Source: Deltaproteobacteria bacterium (GTDB lineage Bacteria > Desulfobacterota > Desulfobacteria > Desulfobacterales > C00003060). Taken from it: a DNA stretch of 64,000 nt. The notes under the pieces are model-generated. The model ran no database searches. It was not told the DNA's origin and saw only the letters and a list, made by a program, of their open reading frames with translations. The position numbers and the translations under genes were made by a program. The stretch covers positions 978 through 64,977 of the forward strand of contig JAFDKF010000003.1 of the NCBI GenBank assembly GCA_019307135.1, given 5' to 3'. Below, piece after piece: positions 34,924-44,696 of this stretch (the first letter of the stretch is position 1; each line of letters begins with the position of its first letter).

Positions 34924-35033
34924 TGAGCTGAAAGCTGAAAGCTCAAAGGTGAAAGCTCGAAGCTGGAAGTTGAAGACTGAAGGGACATGAGAGTCCTTCA
35001 ACTTTCAGCTTCTGAGCCGTCAGGAGAGATGTC

Positions 35034-36212
35034 ATGACAAAACAGGAAATAGACCACATCATGACCAGGATGCTTGACTCCCGCCAGAACGTGTCTGACT
35101 TGAACATAACAGTTGGTAAGCCGTTTCAGGTAGAAACCTCGGGCGTTTTGACCGTGGTTGATCTGGAGCCTCCCTTCAATGAACTGACTCCCTTTCAAAC
35201 CGAAGTCTTCGCCTTGAACCTGATCAACCGGGACATGCGTCTGACCGAGACCCTCCTGAACGAAGGCTCGTGCGACCTGTCATATCAACTCCCTGGCAAG
35301 GCCCGTTTTCGGGTAAACATTTTTTCTCAGAGAGGCAATTATTCCATTGTCTTGCGAAAACTGGAGACTAAAATCCCCACCTTAAAGGACCTGGGCCTGC
35401 CCGGGGCCTTTTCGAAGATGGCAGGGGAGAGGAACGGCATTATCTTAGTGACCGGGGCGACAGGAAGCGGTAAATCAACCTCCCTTGCCGCCATACTTAA
35501 TGAGATCAATGAACAGAAATCGGTTCATGTGGTAACCCTGGAGGATCCCGTTGAATATCAGCATCCTCACAAAATGGCTACATTTAATCAGCGGGAGCTG
35601 GGAACCGATTTTGATTCCTATGCCAGCGGGTTGCGTGCGGCCCTCCGACAGGCCCCAAAGGTTATCCTCGTGGGCGAGATGCGCGACAGGGAAACCGTGG
35701 AGATCGGGTTGAGTGCAGCGGAGACCGGCCACCTGGTTATGACTACCCTCCACACGGTGGATGCAGGCCAGACTATCAATCGTATCCTTGGCATGTTCGC
35801 TATTGAAGAGGAGAATCAGATCCGCATCCGATTGGCTGATACTATCCGATGGATTGTCTGCCAGAGGCTCCTTCCAAAAGTTGGCGGTGGTCGCGTGGCT
35901 GCTTTTGAGATCATGGGGACAAACCTCAGGGTGCAAGACGCGATTCTTCATGGTGAGTCCGAAGGTAAGACCTTTTATGAGATCATTGAGGCTGGTGAGG
36001 CATTTGGCATGAGCACCTTTGATCGGCACATCATAGGACTTTACGAGAAAGGTCTTATCAGTCAGGAAACCGCCATGGCTTACGCTTCACGCAGAGGGGT
36101 GGTAGGCCGAGGCATCGATCAGGTCAAGAGTGCCCGCGGAGAAAAAACGACCGATATTGAAAAGCTGGAAGTCGATTCGGGCTACAGAGGCAGACAGCGC
36201 AAACAGAACTGA
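35034..36212 (+). CDS. PilT/PilU-family ATPase (paralog)
   Basis: 392 aa with VTGATGSGKSTSLAA, VTLEDPVEY, ILVGEMRD and TTLHT. Confidence 0.8.
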   Translation: MTKQEIDHIMTRMLDSRQNVSDLNITVGKPFQVETSGVLTVVDLEPPFNELTPFQTEVFALNLINRDMRLTETLLNEGSCDLSYQLPGKARFRVNIFSQRGNYSIVLRKLETKIPTLKDLGLPGAFSKMAGERNGIILVTGATGSGKSTSLAAILNEINEQKSVHVVTLEDPVEYQHPHKMATFNQRELGTDFDSYASGLRAALRQAPKVILVGEMRDRETVEIGLSAAETGHLVMTTLHTVDAGQTINRILGMFAIEEENQIRIRLADTIRWIVCQRLLPKVGGGRVAAFEIMGTNLRVQDAILHGESEGKTFYEIIEAGEAFGMSTFDRHIIGLYEKGLISQETAMAYASRRGVVGRGIDQVKSARGEKTTDIEKLEVDSGYRGRQRKQN

Positions 36213-36355
36213 GGTAACGACTCAGGTTCACGGTTCCACGGTTCACGGTTAACCATTATAGGTTCCAGGTTCACGGTTCCGGGTTCACGGTTAACCGCTG
36301 AACCCTTGAACCGTTGAACCTTTTTATCTTGAACCGTGAACCTGACAACCTGAGT
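36213..36355. repeat. Low-complexity GGTTCACGG / GAACC word array folding into a long imperfect hairpin
   Basis: ctcaggttcacggttc... (36221-) pairs with ...gaaccgtgaacctgacaacctgag (36331-36354). There are two internal GGTTAACC palindromes. Confidence 0.7.
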
Positions 36356-36376
36356 AGTTATTAAGGGAGTTTAGTA

Positions 36377-37015
36377 ATGGAAGTCCTGTGCAAAAACTGC
36401 AACGCGAAATTTAAGATCCCGGATGACAAGCTACCCACTGGCCAGACGGTTTTCCTCAAATGCCCAAAATGCAAGAGTAAGATAGAGGTAACCACATCGG
36501 CCTCAACCCCTGAGACGAGCATTGATGAGTGGGCCTCAGACATGCATGACGCCTCTGAAAAATCGTTTGATTTTGTGGAGGAAGGTGTCCATACGGCCTT
36601 GATCTGCGAGCAGGATGCGGGAGTAAGAGAAAAGATACGTTCCACCGTCGAGCGGATGGACTACCACGTCATGGAGGCAGCATCGGCTCGGGATGCCATG
36701 AAGCACATGCGATTCCGCGTCTTTGACTTAGTGGTGCTGGATGAAAACTTTGAAGGCGGTAATCCTGAATCAAACCATGTGCTGCAATACCTGGGGCACA
36801 TTCCAATGAACACCCGCCGGAATATCTTTGTGGTCCTCCTGGGGAATGGCTTCAGGACCGCTGACAATATGACGGCCTTTAATAATAGTGTAAACCTGGT
36901 AGTCAACCTGAAGAATATAGATGAGTTTGATAAGTTCCTGAAGCGATCCCAGAAAGAGCATGAAGATCTCTACCGCGTGCTAATCGGGATTCTCAGGAAA
37001 ATGGGCCGGATCTGA
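36377..37015 (+). CDS. MJ0042-type zinc-ribbon protein fused to a receiver-like domain
   Basis: The N-terminus is CKNCNAKFKIPDDKL...LKCPKCKSKIEV. It is followed by a CheY-like beta-alpha pattern (ALICEQD...DLVVLDENF). Confidence 0.6.
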   Translation: MEVLCKNCNAKFKIPDDKLPTGQTVFLKCPKCKSKIEVTTSASTPETSIDEWASDMHDASEKSFDFVEEGVHTALICEQDAGVREKIRSTVERMDYHVMEAASARDAMKHMRFRVFDLVVLDENFEGGNPESNHVLQYLGHIPMNTRRNIFVVLLGNGFRTADNMTAFNNSVNLVVNLKNIDEFDKFLKRSQKEHEDLYRVLIGILRKMGRI

Positions 37016-37149
37016 TTGTATACTGGGTACTGGCTGCTTGATACTTGTTACTCGTTGTTCGTTGACCGTTCGCCGGTTTCACCTTCTTTCAAATCCGCAA
37101 TCCGCAATCCGCAATCCAAAATCCTGTATAGTGTGGGGTTGATCGTACG

Positions 37150-38751
37150 ATGAATACCCGGGATTTTGAAAGAGAGAGGACTACTCTAGAAAACGCTCTG
37201 AAGACAAAAGGTGAGGATTTTACGGGCACTTATGTAGCTGTTCGTGATTTACAAGAGCTTATCCGAATCCGTCCCGAGATTATCAGGTCAGAGACAATCC
37301 TTGCCTTAGAGGGGGTTCTTAGAAATTCAGGGTTCTCTCGTCAAACGCAATCCTTCTTTCTGTATAAGGAAGCTGCTGATGCCTTAACTTCTATTATCGT
37401 CCATACCATTGCAGAACCCATGGCTGACGAGGCAATTACTACCTTAAAGAATCTGCTTGGCGCGGCCGCTGGAGATCCGCAAAGAGCAACTGCCAGTGCC
37501 CTTGGTTCTCTTCCCATTTCCATTCACGGCCCTCAGGTCAGTGAAGAGACAATAGAGGATGTACCCCGTGTGAAGTGGCAGGATATACTGGAAGAAAATG
37601 GCATCACGAACTGTGATGCCCCTGCACTGATCGGAAGGAGTTTAGTTGTTCCCATTGATAAAGAAGACAGTTTGTTAGTCGTTAAATTGGCCCGCACAGA
37701 ACATTCCGTTCAATACATATATCGTGAAGCGGTCTGGATGGAACATTTATATTCGGGAGGCTATTCATTTCCTGTTAGATTTGATATTCCCGTGGCCATA
37801 AAGATTCAGGGAAGATATCTATTCAGGTTAGAGAATATGCCGGTAAGGATGCCCAGGGGAACAGATCTTCATCCAGAGGGTTATGCCATTAGCTTCATTG
37901 CCCATAAGGATTATTTTGCCTATCCCAACGAGCATAGAACGGAAAGACGACTGACTATGGAAGGATTCAGGGAGGTGATATTTAGAAATTCATGGTTATT
38001 GGGAAAACTGACATTCTTAGGCATTGTCCATTCTGCTCCGATTCCACTTTTTCATAACCGGGTTCAAAGGCACAGAAGAGCAGATCATGGTTTATATGAA
38101 TGGCCGCGAGGAGGAAGGCTCGACAGGTGGCTTGATTCCTGCTGCTATCCCAATTTTGGTATCACAGGTATAAGGGACTTTGAACACCTCATTGTCTTTA
38201 ATGGCCTCAGTCAAACACTTTACCGCCATATTGGTACGCAGATATTCAGCCTGATGTTGGTCGCAGGTAGTTATTTTCGCAACAAAGACAGAGGGAGGAT
38301 TGGACTTGACGGGCAAGGCAATCCAATGGATGCTCGAGACCTTTTTGACAAGCAATTCCTTGAGGAACTGGTCGAGGGGCTTTCCCTTAGTTATTACCAT
38401 GGCTTTGCAGGAACGGAATTTGACGGGAAAGTCCCTCTTGATTTCGATGAACTTACCTCCCGCATGATCGATGAGATGGGTGTAGATCGCCATATGGAGG
38501 AGGTATTGAGGGTTGTAGACCAAAAGGAAATGTCAGATGAAGAGTTCAGAAAGTTCTTGGGAGACAGGGGATGCTCTGAAAACGAAACAGAAGGTTTCAA
38601 GAGAGGAGTCCAAGATATCACTATCTATACCGGGCCACATCTGGGTGGATTTAACGAAAGAATATCTCTACCTGAGCTGATTGAGTCCGTAGGAGCTGTA
38701 TCCGCTTTATGTATAGCTGGCAGATACTGGAGAGAAAATTTCTCCTCTTAA
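37150..38751 (+). CDS. Hypothetical 533-aa protein, possible atypical kinase-like fold
   Basis: GIVHSAPIPLFHNRV and GIRDFEHL resemble the catalytic-loop and metal-binding motifs of APH/kinase-like folds. The N-terminus is helical-repeat-like. This is a by-eye impression only. Confidence 0.35.
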   Translation: MNTRDFERERTTLENALKTKGEDFTGTYVAVRDLQELIRIRPEIIRSETILALEGVLRNSGFSRQTQSFFLYKEAADALTSIIVHTIAEPMADEAITTLKNLLGAAAGDPQRATASALGSLPISIHGPQVSEETIEDVPRVKWQDILEENGITNCDAPALIGRSLVVPIDKEDSLLVVKLARTEHSVQYIYREAVWMEHLYSGGYSFPVRFDIPVAIKIQGRYLFRLENMPVRMPRGTDLHPEGYAISFIAHKDYFAYPNEHRTERRLTMEGFREVIFRNSWLLGKLTFLGIVHSAPIPLFHNRVQRHRRADHGLYEWPRGGRLDRWLDSCCYPNFGITGIRDFEHLIVFNGLSQTLYRHIGTQIFSLMLVAGSYFRNKDRGRIGLDGQGNPMDARDLFDKQFLEELVEGLSLSYYHGFAGTEFDGKVPLDFDELTSRMIDEMGVDRHMEEVLRVVDQKEMSDEEFRKFLGDRGCSENETEGFKRGVQDITIYTGPHLGGFNERISLPELIESVGAVSALCIAGRYWRENFSS

Positions 38752-40106
38752 CTATTCTCTGGCTTGCCACAATAGGCCTTCCCGTGGCCGGTGCCCAAAA
38801 CCAGATCACCTTCTGGACCACGGAAGTAGAAGCGGATCGACTCGAAATCCAGCAGGGTATTGCCCGCGCGTTCACCCGCAAAACCGGAATCGGTGTCCGC
38901 GTGATCCCTGTGCAGGAGAATCTCCTGACAAAGAGGGTCACCGCCGCCTATGCAGCAAGGTCGCTGCCCGATGTGCTCTTCCACCCCATCGATTTCACCA
39001 TTGGATGGGCCGAGGCCGGGATTCTGGATGATCGGTCCGCCACGGAGGTGGTGAATCGCCTGGGTAGAGAGACCTTTGGCGCGGGGCCCCTGGGCCTTGC
39101 CCGGGTCCCGGACGGCTACGCCGCTGTGCCGATCGACGGATGGGGCCAGCTTCTCCTTTACCGCAAAGACCTCTTCGAGAAAAAGGGGCTCCCCGTGCCG
39201 AATCGCTGGGACCACATCCTTGAAGCGGCCAGGGCCCTGCACAATCCGCCTTTGATCTGGGGCTTCGAGGCCGCCACCGATCCGGGGGAGACATACACCC
39301 AGCAGGTTTTCGAGCACTTTGCGTTGTCCAATGGCGTCAGGCTGACAGGCAAATCCGGAAACGTCGGCCTGGACACCCCCGAGATGGTGGAGACCCTCAA
39401 GTTTTACAAAGCTCTTACCCGTTTCAGCCCACCCGGGAACCTCTACTGGCTCCATACCCGGATGGACTATATCTCCGGACGAGCGGCCATGATCATCTGG
39501 TCGCCCTTTATCCTGGATGAGATCTCGGGGCTTCGGCGGGATCAGCCCGTGGTTCCTGATATCGCCAGAGGGGAATCGGGATTCCTGGCGAGGAATACCG
39601 GCTTCGTGACCATCATTCAGGGCCCCAAAGGGGCCGCTCAATACGGCCAGATAAACTACCTGGGGATCACCCGGGATGCAGACAGTGCCTCAGCCAAACA
39701 ATGGGTCGAATTTCTGCTCAACGAGGCGTACCTGAGGTGGTTAGGCATGGCGGCAGAGGGTAAATTGCCCGTGCGCAAGGGGACCAGGGACGCGCCGAAC
39801 TGCTTCATTGAAGGGTGGAAGGATCTCGAGTTCGGGGTGACAACAAGGGCCAGGATCTCCGAGTTTTACGGGATGGACGTAGTGAAAACCATTGTAGCCG
39901 GGGTGGAGGGTTTTGATCGCTGGGGATTTGCCGAGGGGAGAGGGACCCTTGTCTCCAAGATCTATGGAACAAAGATTATTCCCGAGATCCTTAAACGATT
40001 CCTCAATAATGAACTTAGCGCAAAGGATGCCGCCCGGATGATGGACGAGCGGGTGAAGGCGTTGGAAGCCGGTATCTGGCATCCGGCATCGGTCAACACT
40101 CAGTAG
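38709..40106 (+). CDS. ABC transporter substrate-binding protein (family 1, sugar-type)
   Basis: 465 aa with the signal peptide FLLLTILWLATIGLPVAGA. It precedes two MalF/MalG-type permeases. The start is uncertain because it overlaps the upstream ORF. Confidence 0.7.
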   Translation: MYSWQILERKFLLLTILWLATIGLPVAGAQNQITFWTTEVEADRLEIQQGIARAFTRKTGIGVRVIPVQENLLTKRVTAAYAARSLPDVLFHPIDFTIGWAEAGILDDRSATEVVNRLGRETFGAGPLGLARVPDGYAAVPIDGWGQLLLYRKDLFEKKGLPVPNRWDHILEAARALHNPPLIWGFEAATDPGETYTQQVFEHFALSNGVRLTGKSGNVGLDTPEMVETLKFYKALTRFSPPGNLYWLHTRMDYISGRAAMIIWSPFILDEISGLRRDQPVVPDIARGESGFLARNTGFVTIIQGPKGAAQYGQINYLGITRDADSASAKQWVEFLLNEAYLRWLGMAAEGKLPVRKGTRDAPNCFIEGWKDLEFGVTTRARISEFYGMDVVKTIVAGVEGFDRWGFAEGRGTLVSKIYGTKIIPEILKRFLNNELSAKDAARMMDERVKALEAGIWHPASVNTQ

Positions 40107-40130
40107 CCACCGGTCAATCATCAATCGACA

Positions 40131-41087
40131 ATGTTCAATCAACAATCAACAATCATCAATCGTCAATCCTTCCTAGACCAGGAATCCCGGCTTGCCTTCT
40201 GGATGTTGGTCCCCACATTCACAGTCGTCCTGGCCTTTGTAATCTTTCCGGTGATCTGGAACGTATGGCTGAGTCTCAAACCGGTCTCCCTGGGGGATCT
40301 TCGAGGGACTTCCCTTTTCAAATTCAACCTGACTCTTGAGAATTTCCAGAAGGTCTTTAGTGATCCGGATTTTGTGCAGGCCCTTCTGACGACACTGATC
40401 TACACTGTTGCGGGAAGCACTCTGTCTATTCTCCTGGGATTGATTGCAGCCCTTCTGGTCCATGGAGAATTCCCCGGCCGGGGCTTGCTGAGGGGGCTTT
40501 TCATCTCCCCCTATATCGCCCCTGTTGTGGCTGTCGCCTTCACCTGGAGTTTTATCCTGGACCCCCAACTGGGTGTGCTCAACTGGCTGGCCGTGGACAG
40601 GGGCCTCTTTGCCCAACCGATTCCGTTCCTCTCACAGCGCTGGTGGGAACTGGACCTCATGGGAGTGAGGGTCCGCCTGCCCCTGGCCCTCACTTCGGTG
40701 ATTCTCTTCGAGGGGTGGCGTTACTTTCCCTTTGCCTTCCTGTTTATTCTCGCACGGCTCCAGGCTATCCCGGATGATCTCTACCAGGCGGCATCGGTGG
40801 ACGGGGCGAGTCCGTTTCAGCGGTTTTACCACATCACCCTGCCGCAGCTCGCCACGGTTTTGTCCACACTCTTCCTCTTCCGGTTCATCTGGACCTTCAA
40901 CAAGTTCGACGATATCTTCCTCCTGACAAGGGGACAGGCCGGAACCAAGGTCTTGACTATCAAAGTATACGATTATGCATTTGGTGAATTCAACATCGGG
41001 GCGAGTTCAGCGGTGGCCATGGTCCTATTTGCGGTTCTGTCCGTCTTTCTCTTAATCTACTTCCACTGGATCGCGAAGGAGGGATGA
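40131..41087 (+). CDS. ABC transporter permease (MalF/UgpA-like)
   Basis: 318 aa and multi-TM. It has the EAA-loop-like AASVDGASPFQRFYHITLPQL. Confidence 0.75.
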   Translation: MFNQQSTIINRQSFLDQESRLAFWMLVPTFTVVLAFVIFPVIWNVWLSLKPVSLGDLRGTSLFKFNLTLENFQKVFSDPDFVQALLTTLIYTVAGSTLSILLGLIAALLVHGEFPGRGLLRGLFISPYIAPVVAVAFTWSFILDPQLGVLNWLAVDRGLFAQPIPFLSQRWWELDLMGVRVRLPLALTSVILFEGWRYFPFAFLFILARLQAIPDDLYQAASVDGASPFQRFYHITLPQLATVLSTLFLFRFIWTFNKFDDIFLLTRGQAGTKVLTIKVYDYAFGEFNIGASSAVAMVLFAVLSVFLLIYFHWIAKEG

Positions 41088-41088
41088 T

Positions 41089-41958
41089 GTGGGATGGAGA
41101 TATGAGATGATGAGTCGAGAGCGTTTGGAGGGAACCATTATCCGGATTCTCAGGGTCGTGGGTCTCCTCTTCTTCATTGCCATCGTGGCCTTCCCCTTTT
41201 ACTGGATGATCGTCTCTTCTTTCAAGTCTCTGGAGGAGATCGTGCTGAAGCCCGCCAACCTGGGACTGGACATTCGAAAAATCGATTTTCACGCCTATTA
41301 TGAAGTCCTCTTCAGGCACGGCTTTCTCCGATACATCTCCAACAGCGTTTATGTCTCCATCGCCACCGTGGTGCTCTCTGTAAGCCTGGCCACGGTGGGG
41401 GGCTACGCCGTCACACGGCTCCATTTTCGTGGTCAGGGGTTTATGTCCTACGGCATCTTGCTCATCTATATGTTTCCGGCCATCGTCCTGGTGATCCCTT
41501 TGTACGTGATATTCTCCCGGATGGGGCTGCGGGATTCGATGAATGTGCTCATTCTTGTGTATCTGGCCCAGACCCTGCCGGTGGCCCTGTACATGCTCCG
41601 GAGCTACTTCCAGACGCTGCCCGCTGAGATGGAGCACGCAGGGCTCGTAGACGGGTGCAGCCGTATCGGGGTGATCTGGCGGATCGTCATTCCCCTGTCC
41701 GCCCCGGCCCTGGCCAGCGTGGCCCTGTACACCTTTATGATCGCCTGGAATGAGTTTCTCTTCGCCTTCATGTTCCTGGATACCCCGGAGAAATTCACCC
41801 TGTCCAGAGGGGTGGTACAGCTTGCAGGGAGCGTGCATCTCTCCAAACAACTGGTGATGGCCGCTTCAGTCATGGTGACCATCCCCATTCTGGTCCTGTT
41901 CTTCTTCTTTGAACGTCGCCTGGTCCGGGGCCTGACCGCCGGGGCCATGAAAGGTTGA
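41089..41958 (+). CDS. ABC transporter permease (MalG/UgpE-like)
   Basis: About 285 aa and multi-TM, with EHAGLVDGCSRIGVIWRIVIPLSAP. The exact start is uncertain. Confidence 0.75.
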   Translation: MGWRYEMMSRERLEGTIIRILRVVGLLFFIAIVAFPFYWMIVSSFKSLEEIVLKPANLGLDIRKIDFHAYYEVLFRHGFLRYISNSVYVSIATVVLSVSLATVGGYAVTRLHFRGQGFMSYGILLIYMFPAIVLVIPLYVIFSRMGLRDSMNVLILVYLAQTLPVALYMLRSYFQTLPAEMEHAGLVDGCSRIGVIWRIVIPLSAPALASVALYTFMIAWNEFLFAFMFLDTPEKFTLSRGVVQLAGSVHLSKQLVMAASVMVTIPILVLFFFFERRLVRGLTAGAMKG

Positions 41959-42248
41959 ATAGGGTATGGAGCATTACCGATTTGTTAATTTTTCTATGAA
42001 CTGTCTGATGGTGCAAAGGATGAAAGGATTCTTGTTGTCTCTCACAGAGCACACAGAGTCACAGAGTTTTTGATCTGAATTCCTGAGAGGGGAATTCAGA
42101 TCAAACTGCCATCCCGCTGACGCGGGAACTGTTCACAAGGCGAACGCCGCAAATGTCGACTGGTGTCATAGAAGATGATATTCCTCCATAATACGTGCTT
42201 GGTTGCCCCCGGCCATGGCCGGGGCGATTGTTTGGCCTGATTTCTTGT

Positions 42249-42285
42249 CCTTGCCCCGTTAAATGCGAAGCCTATTTCACCGGGG
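42249..42285. repeat. REP-like CCCCGTTAAA palindromic element copy
   Basis: ccttgccccgttaaatgcgaagcctatttcaccgggg is closest to the copy at 1033-1069. Confidence 0.7.
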
Positions 42286-42383
42286 TCAAAAAACCAGGCC
42301 AAGTAAAAAAATGATCTTTGCGAACTCTGTGAGCTCTAGTGATCCCCCAAGGGGGAGAGCGGGCGAGAGAAGTGTTAAAATAC

Positions 42384-43448
42384 ATGGCATCTGTCAGCCT
42401 GAAAGCAATTACCAAGCGATTTGGTAAGGTCGTGGCTCTCTCCGGCGTGGATCTGCACGTGGAGGATGGGGAGTTCTGCGTGCTTCTGGGACCTTCGGGC
42501 TGTGGTAAGAGCACCCTGCTCAATATTATCGCCGGCCTTATCCCCCAGGATGAGGGCACGGTACTTCTGGACGGTGAACCTGTGGACCGACTTGCCCCAC
42601 GGGACCGGGATGTGGCCATGGTCTTCCAGAGCTATGCCCTTTATCCCCACATGACGGTGTCCCGGAACCTGAGCTTCGGGCTTCGGATGCGTGGAGTCCC
42701 CAAGCCAACCATCCACAAGCAGGTCCTGGAAACAGCCCGGCTCCTGGGAATCGAGGATCTCCTGGATCGAAAACCCCGGGAACTCTCGGGTGGCCAGCGG
42801 CAGCGGGTGGCCATGGGTCGGGCCATGGTGCGTAAGCCCAAGCTCTTCCTGCTCGACGAGCCCTTGAGTAACCTGGATGCCCGCCTGCGGTCCAGCGTCC
42901 GGCTGGATCTCAAACGGGTGCACCGTCAGATCAAGGGTACCATCGTATACGTCACCCACGACCAGGTAGAGGCCATGACCCTTGGTGACAGGGTGGTGGT
43001 TATGCGTGATGGCAAGGTGTGCCAGATCGATAGGCCGGAGACCATCTACGCGCGGCCTGTGGACACCTTTGTGGCCACCTTTATCGGATCACCCGAGATG
43101 AACCTTTATCAAGGAAGGCTCGTATGCAAAGATGGTCGCACCCATTTCCAGGGGCCTGGCTTTTCATTGGACCTCGGGGGGCTTCAGATCAACCTTGAGG
43201 AAGGCAAAGTGGAGCTGGGCATCCGTCCTGAGGACATCAGAATCGGTCAGGGTGGGACTACGGTGCTGGAGGCCAAGGTGGAGATGCTCAGCAACGTGGG
43301 CTCGGAGAAGTACATCCATGCCCGTCTCGGTCAGGAGGGCCTGACGGTGCGCGCCCCCAAGGAGGCTGCCTTCGAGCCGGGCCAGGTCATCCCTCTGACC
43401 ATCGATCCTGGCCGGGTGCATATTTTCCATGAGGGGTGCAGGCTCTGA
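42384..43448 (+). CDS. ABC transporter ATP-binding protein (MalK/UgpC-like)
   Basis: Read from MASVSLKAITKRFG. Motifs are GPSGCGKST, LSGGQRQRVAMGRA, LLDEPLSNLD and YVTHDQ, with a C-terminal TOBE-like region. Confidence 0.85.
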   Translation: MASVSLKAITKRFGKVVALSGVDLHVEDGEFCVLLGPSGCGKSTLLNIIAGLIPQDEGTVLLDGEPVDRLAPRDRDVAMVFQSYALYPHMTVSRNLSFGLRMRGVPKPTIHKQVLETARLLGIEDLLDRKPRELSGGQRQRVAMGRAMVRKPKLFLLDEPLSNLDARLRSSVRLDLKRVHRQIKGTIVYVTHDQVEAMTLGDRVVVMRDGKVCQIDRPETIYARPVDTFVATFIGSPEMNLYQGRLVCKDGRTHFQGPGFSLDLGGLQINLEEGKVELGIRPEDIRIGQGGTTVLEAKVEMLSNVGSEKYIHARLGQEGLTVRAPKEAAFEPGQVIPLTIDPGRVHIFHEGCRL

Positions 43449-43542
43449 TTGCACGTTTCGGAAATGCAACTTCTCAAAAAACTCGGGTTGCTGTCATTTC
43501 GAGCCTCCGGCCCGGGGGGCGAAGTGAAGCAATCTCTCTTTT

Positions 43543-43719
43543 GCCGGACTCATTCATGATGCAGGAAAACTCATTTTAGATCCCTATATTTTAGAGAGGA
43601 AAGAAGAGTTCTTGAGATTCCTGGCAGATGGTGAACAGACATTCCTTAGTGCTGAAAAAGAGATCCTCGGGTTTGATCATGCAGAAATTGCTGCAAAGGT
43701 CTGTGAGAAGTTCCCTTGA
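43543..43719 (+). pseudogene. HDOD-domain gene fragment
   Basis: AGLIHDAGKLILDPYILERKEEF...SAEKEILGFDHAEIAAKVCEKFP-stop. An in-frame stop lies just upstream (43525-43527), so there is no N-terminal part. Confidence 0.5.
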
Positions 43720-43790
43720 CAAATCACCAGAATCTGACCAAAAAGTTTGACAAATCTCATCATGTCAGATAGAAATCTATAACAAAATTC

Positions 43791-43854
43791 GTAACCGTTC
43801 ACTGGTTCAGAGGTTTAGACGTTTAGACGTTAACCCAGAACGGTGAACGCCTAC
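43791..43854 (+). repeat. Word-repeat element GTAACCGTTCAC...GTTAACCCAGAACGGTGAACGCCTAC (copy 1)
   Basis: It matches the reverse complement of 56352-56414, with 26 identical nt at one end. It lies 34 nt upstream of the CBS gene ATG. Confidence 0.75.
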
Positions 43855-43888
43855 CATTCTCCAATTCTCCCTGAACTAAGGTGGTGCC

Positions 43889-44353
43889 ATGCTCAGTGTA
43901 AAAGATATCATGACAAGAGATGTGATCGCCGTCTCGCCTGAGATGGATATCGCTCATGCCGCAAGGCTCCTTCTCGAAAAAAGCATCAATGGCGTCCCCG
44001 TGGTGGATGGAACGGGAAAGCTGGTGGGGATCCTCTGCCAGAGCGATCTGGTCGCACAGCAAAAAAAGTTTCCTATCCCTACGCTTTTCACGTTTCTGGA
44101 TGGGTTCATTCCCATGACGTCCATGAAGCATCTCGAAAAAGAGGTTCAGAAGATCACGGCCATCACCGTGGCCGATGCCATGAGTCCAAATCCAGTCAGC
44201 ATCCGGCCCGGGGCGAGTATCGAGGAGGTGTGCACTATCATGGTGGACAGGAATTTTCATACCCTTCCTGTGGTGGATAAAGGAAAGCTAGTGGGGATCC
44301 TGGGAAAAGAGGATGTCCTGAGAACACTCATGCCTGCACCAGAAGCAAGATGA
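43889..44353 (+). CDS. CBS-domain pair protein
   Basis: 154 aa with two CBS units (IMTRDVIAVSP...INGVPVVD ; AMSPNPVSIRP...FHTLPVVD). Confidence 0.8.
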   Translation: MLSVKDIMTRDVIAVSPEMDIAHAARLLLEKSINGVPVVDGTGKLVGILCQSDLVAQQKKFPIPTLFTFLDGFIPMTSMKHLEKEVQKITAITVADAMSPNPVSIRPGASIEEVCTIMVDRNFHTLPVVDKGKLVGILGKEDVLRTLMPAPEAR

Positions 44354-44696
44354 CCAGCGGGCGGTAGTTCCTAATGAATGCAACCTACGAACATCTCGGT
44401 TTCTCGCTACAACCTACGGCCAAACCAGGCTGCACCGGACTGTGGACAAGCCACGGCCGCTGAGCCTGCCCGTTAACCGTGTGTTTTTGATTAGCTGCTA
44501 TCTCCCCGCCTAGTATTGGCAGTCACACCTTCGTAGGATTACCGATTTTCTCTGCGCATTTTTTTCAGTAAAGAATAGTGTTAATTTTTTGTTCACAATG
44601 CCGATAAAAAAAGAAGGTATGCTTTTGCAGTCTTGACGAAACTATCGGCCCAGTTTGTCTTTATGTAATCTTGGGTCAACATATGAGGGCAAAATC

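Noticed and set aside
38748-41850. Long minus-strand ORFs (38748-39641, 297 aa; 40990-41850, 286 aa) opposite the ABC transporter genes
   Set aside because: They are low-complexity R/G/P/H-rich translations, typical shadow ORFs of GC-rich coding DNA. The plus-strand genes have clear ABC SBP and permease features.
42069-42104. Perfect 14-bp-stem palindrome (ttgatctgaattcc...ggaattcagatcaa) as the terminator of the permease genes
   Set aside because: No T-tract follows on either strand. It sits among other repeat insertions, so it is more likely part of the repeat clutter.
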